This document shows, piece by piece, positions 63,754 to 64,000 of a stretch of DNA of 64,000 nt (positions within the stretch are counted from its first letter, which is position 1; each line of letters begins with the position of its first letter). Location: assembly GCA_964368305.1 (NCBI GenBank), contig CAYJAB010000001.1, forward strand, positions 28,109-92,108, read 5' to 3'. The translations under genes and the position numbers were made by a program. Below the pieces are notes generated by a model. That model was given only the letters and a program-made list of their open reading frames with translations. It did not search any database and was not told where the DNA came from. Origin of the DNA: an uncultured Erysipelotrichaceae bacterium (lineage in GTDB: Bacteria; Bacillota_I; Bacilli_A; Erysipelotrichales; Erysipelotrichaceae).

Positions 63754-64000
63754 TTATGATTTAGATAAAACTGTTTTACCACCCATATATGGTCTTAGTG
63801 CTTCAGGCACTGAAACACTACCATCTGCATTTAAATTGTTTTCTAAGAAACAAATTAACATTCTTGGTGGAGCAACTACCGTATTGTTTAATGTGTGTGC
63901 ATAGTATTTACCATTTTCCCCATTTACACGAATCCCAAGTCTTATTGCTTGTGCCTCTCCTAAATTTGAACAGCTTCCAACTTCAAAATATTTCTTTTGA
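63754..64000 (-). CDS. serS: seryl-tRNA synthetase, C-terminal fragment (gene continues past window end)
   Basis: Reverse-complement translation ends ...VAPPRMLICFLENNLNADGSVSVPEALRPYMGGKTVLSKS*, matching SerS class-II C-terminus (motif 3 region, xPExLRPYMGG). Confidence 0.8.
   Translation of the reverse strand, partial: QKKYFEVGSCSNLGEAQAIRLGIRVNGENGKYYAHTLNNTVVAPPRMLICFLENNLNADGSVSVPEALRPYMGGKTVLSKS

Overview
This 64-kb window is a low-GC (about 30%) Firmicutes-type chromosomal segment, densely packed and with almost everything on the minus strand. It contains no transposases, integrases, CRISPR arrays or tRNAs. Most of it is core housekeeping with gene order very close to Bacillus subtilis: tilS-hpt-ftsH; tagO-mreB; cca; the full F1Fo ATP synthase operon atpIBEFHAGDC preceded by tsaC-rpiB-glyA-upp and rpmE-tdk-prfA-prmC; ychF-DUF951-folD-dtd; rarA; dacA-tcdA-miaA-mutL-mutS; nadK/CYTH; fhs; and serS-(SRP RNA)-tadA-dnaX-ybaB-recR. 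Non-core content is as follows. (1) An Mrp/Mbh-type multisubunit cation/proton antiporter cluster with gene order E-F-G-B'-B-C-D-D-D, three NuoL/M/N-like subunits, running off the window start. (2) A purine riboswitch with its own sigma-A promoter in front of an NCS2 purine permease. (3) A small 4.5S-type SRP RNA with a recognisable promoter, with tadA starting 11 nt after its terminator. (4) A 22-bp identical perfect palindrome (tcATGTTTCACGTGAAACATta) present twice, bracketing the SRP-RNA/tadA unit, plus two further CACGTG-centred palindromes just upstream of the atp and lctP promoters. (5) A 186-aa protein whose C-terminal half matches the MazF/PemK toxin fold, fused to an N-terminal helical extension, with no separate antitoxin gene. 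(6) A glucose-family PTS EIIC-like permease with a C-terminal EIIB-like domain in which the phospho-Cys and both Arg of the CxTRLR motif are substituted. (7) An SPFH/band-7 protein followed 3 nt later by a 64-aa ribbon-helix-helix protein. (8) A 315-aa orphan protein with a possible PUA/EVE-like N-terminus and an unknown C-terminal half. (9) Pairs LemA/DUF3137-like, DarA, DUF1846, an AtpZ-like mini-protein displaced from atpI by coaX plus an ECF S-component, and a 52-aa membrane peptide translationally coupled to lctP. Many rho-independent terminators are visible directly in the sequence. I cannot point to one obviously novel multi-gene system; the candidates above are ranked in the findings.
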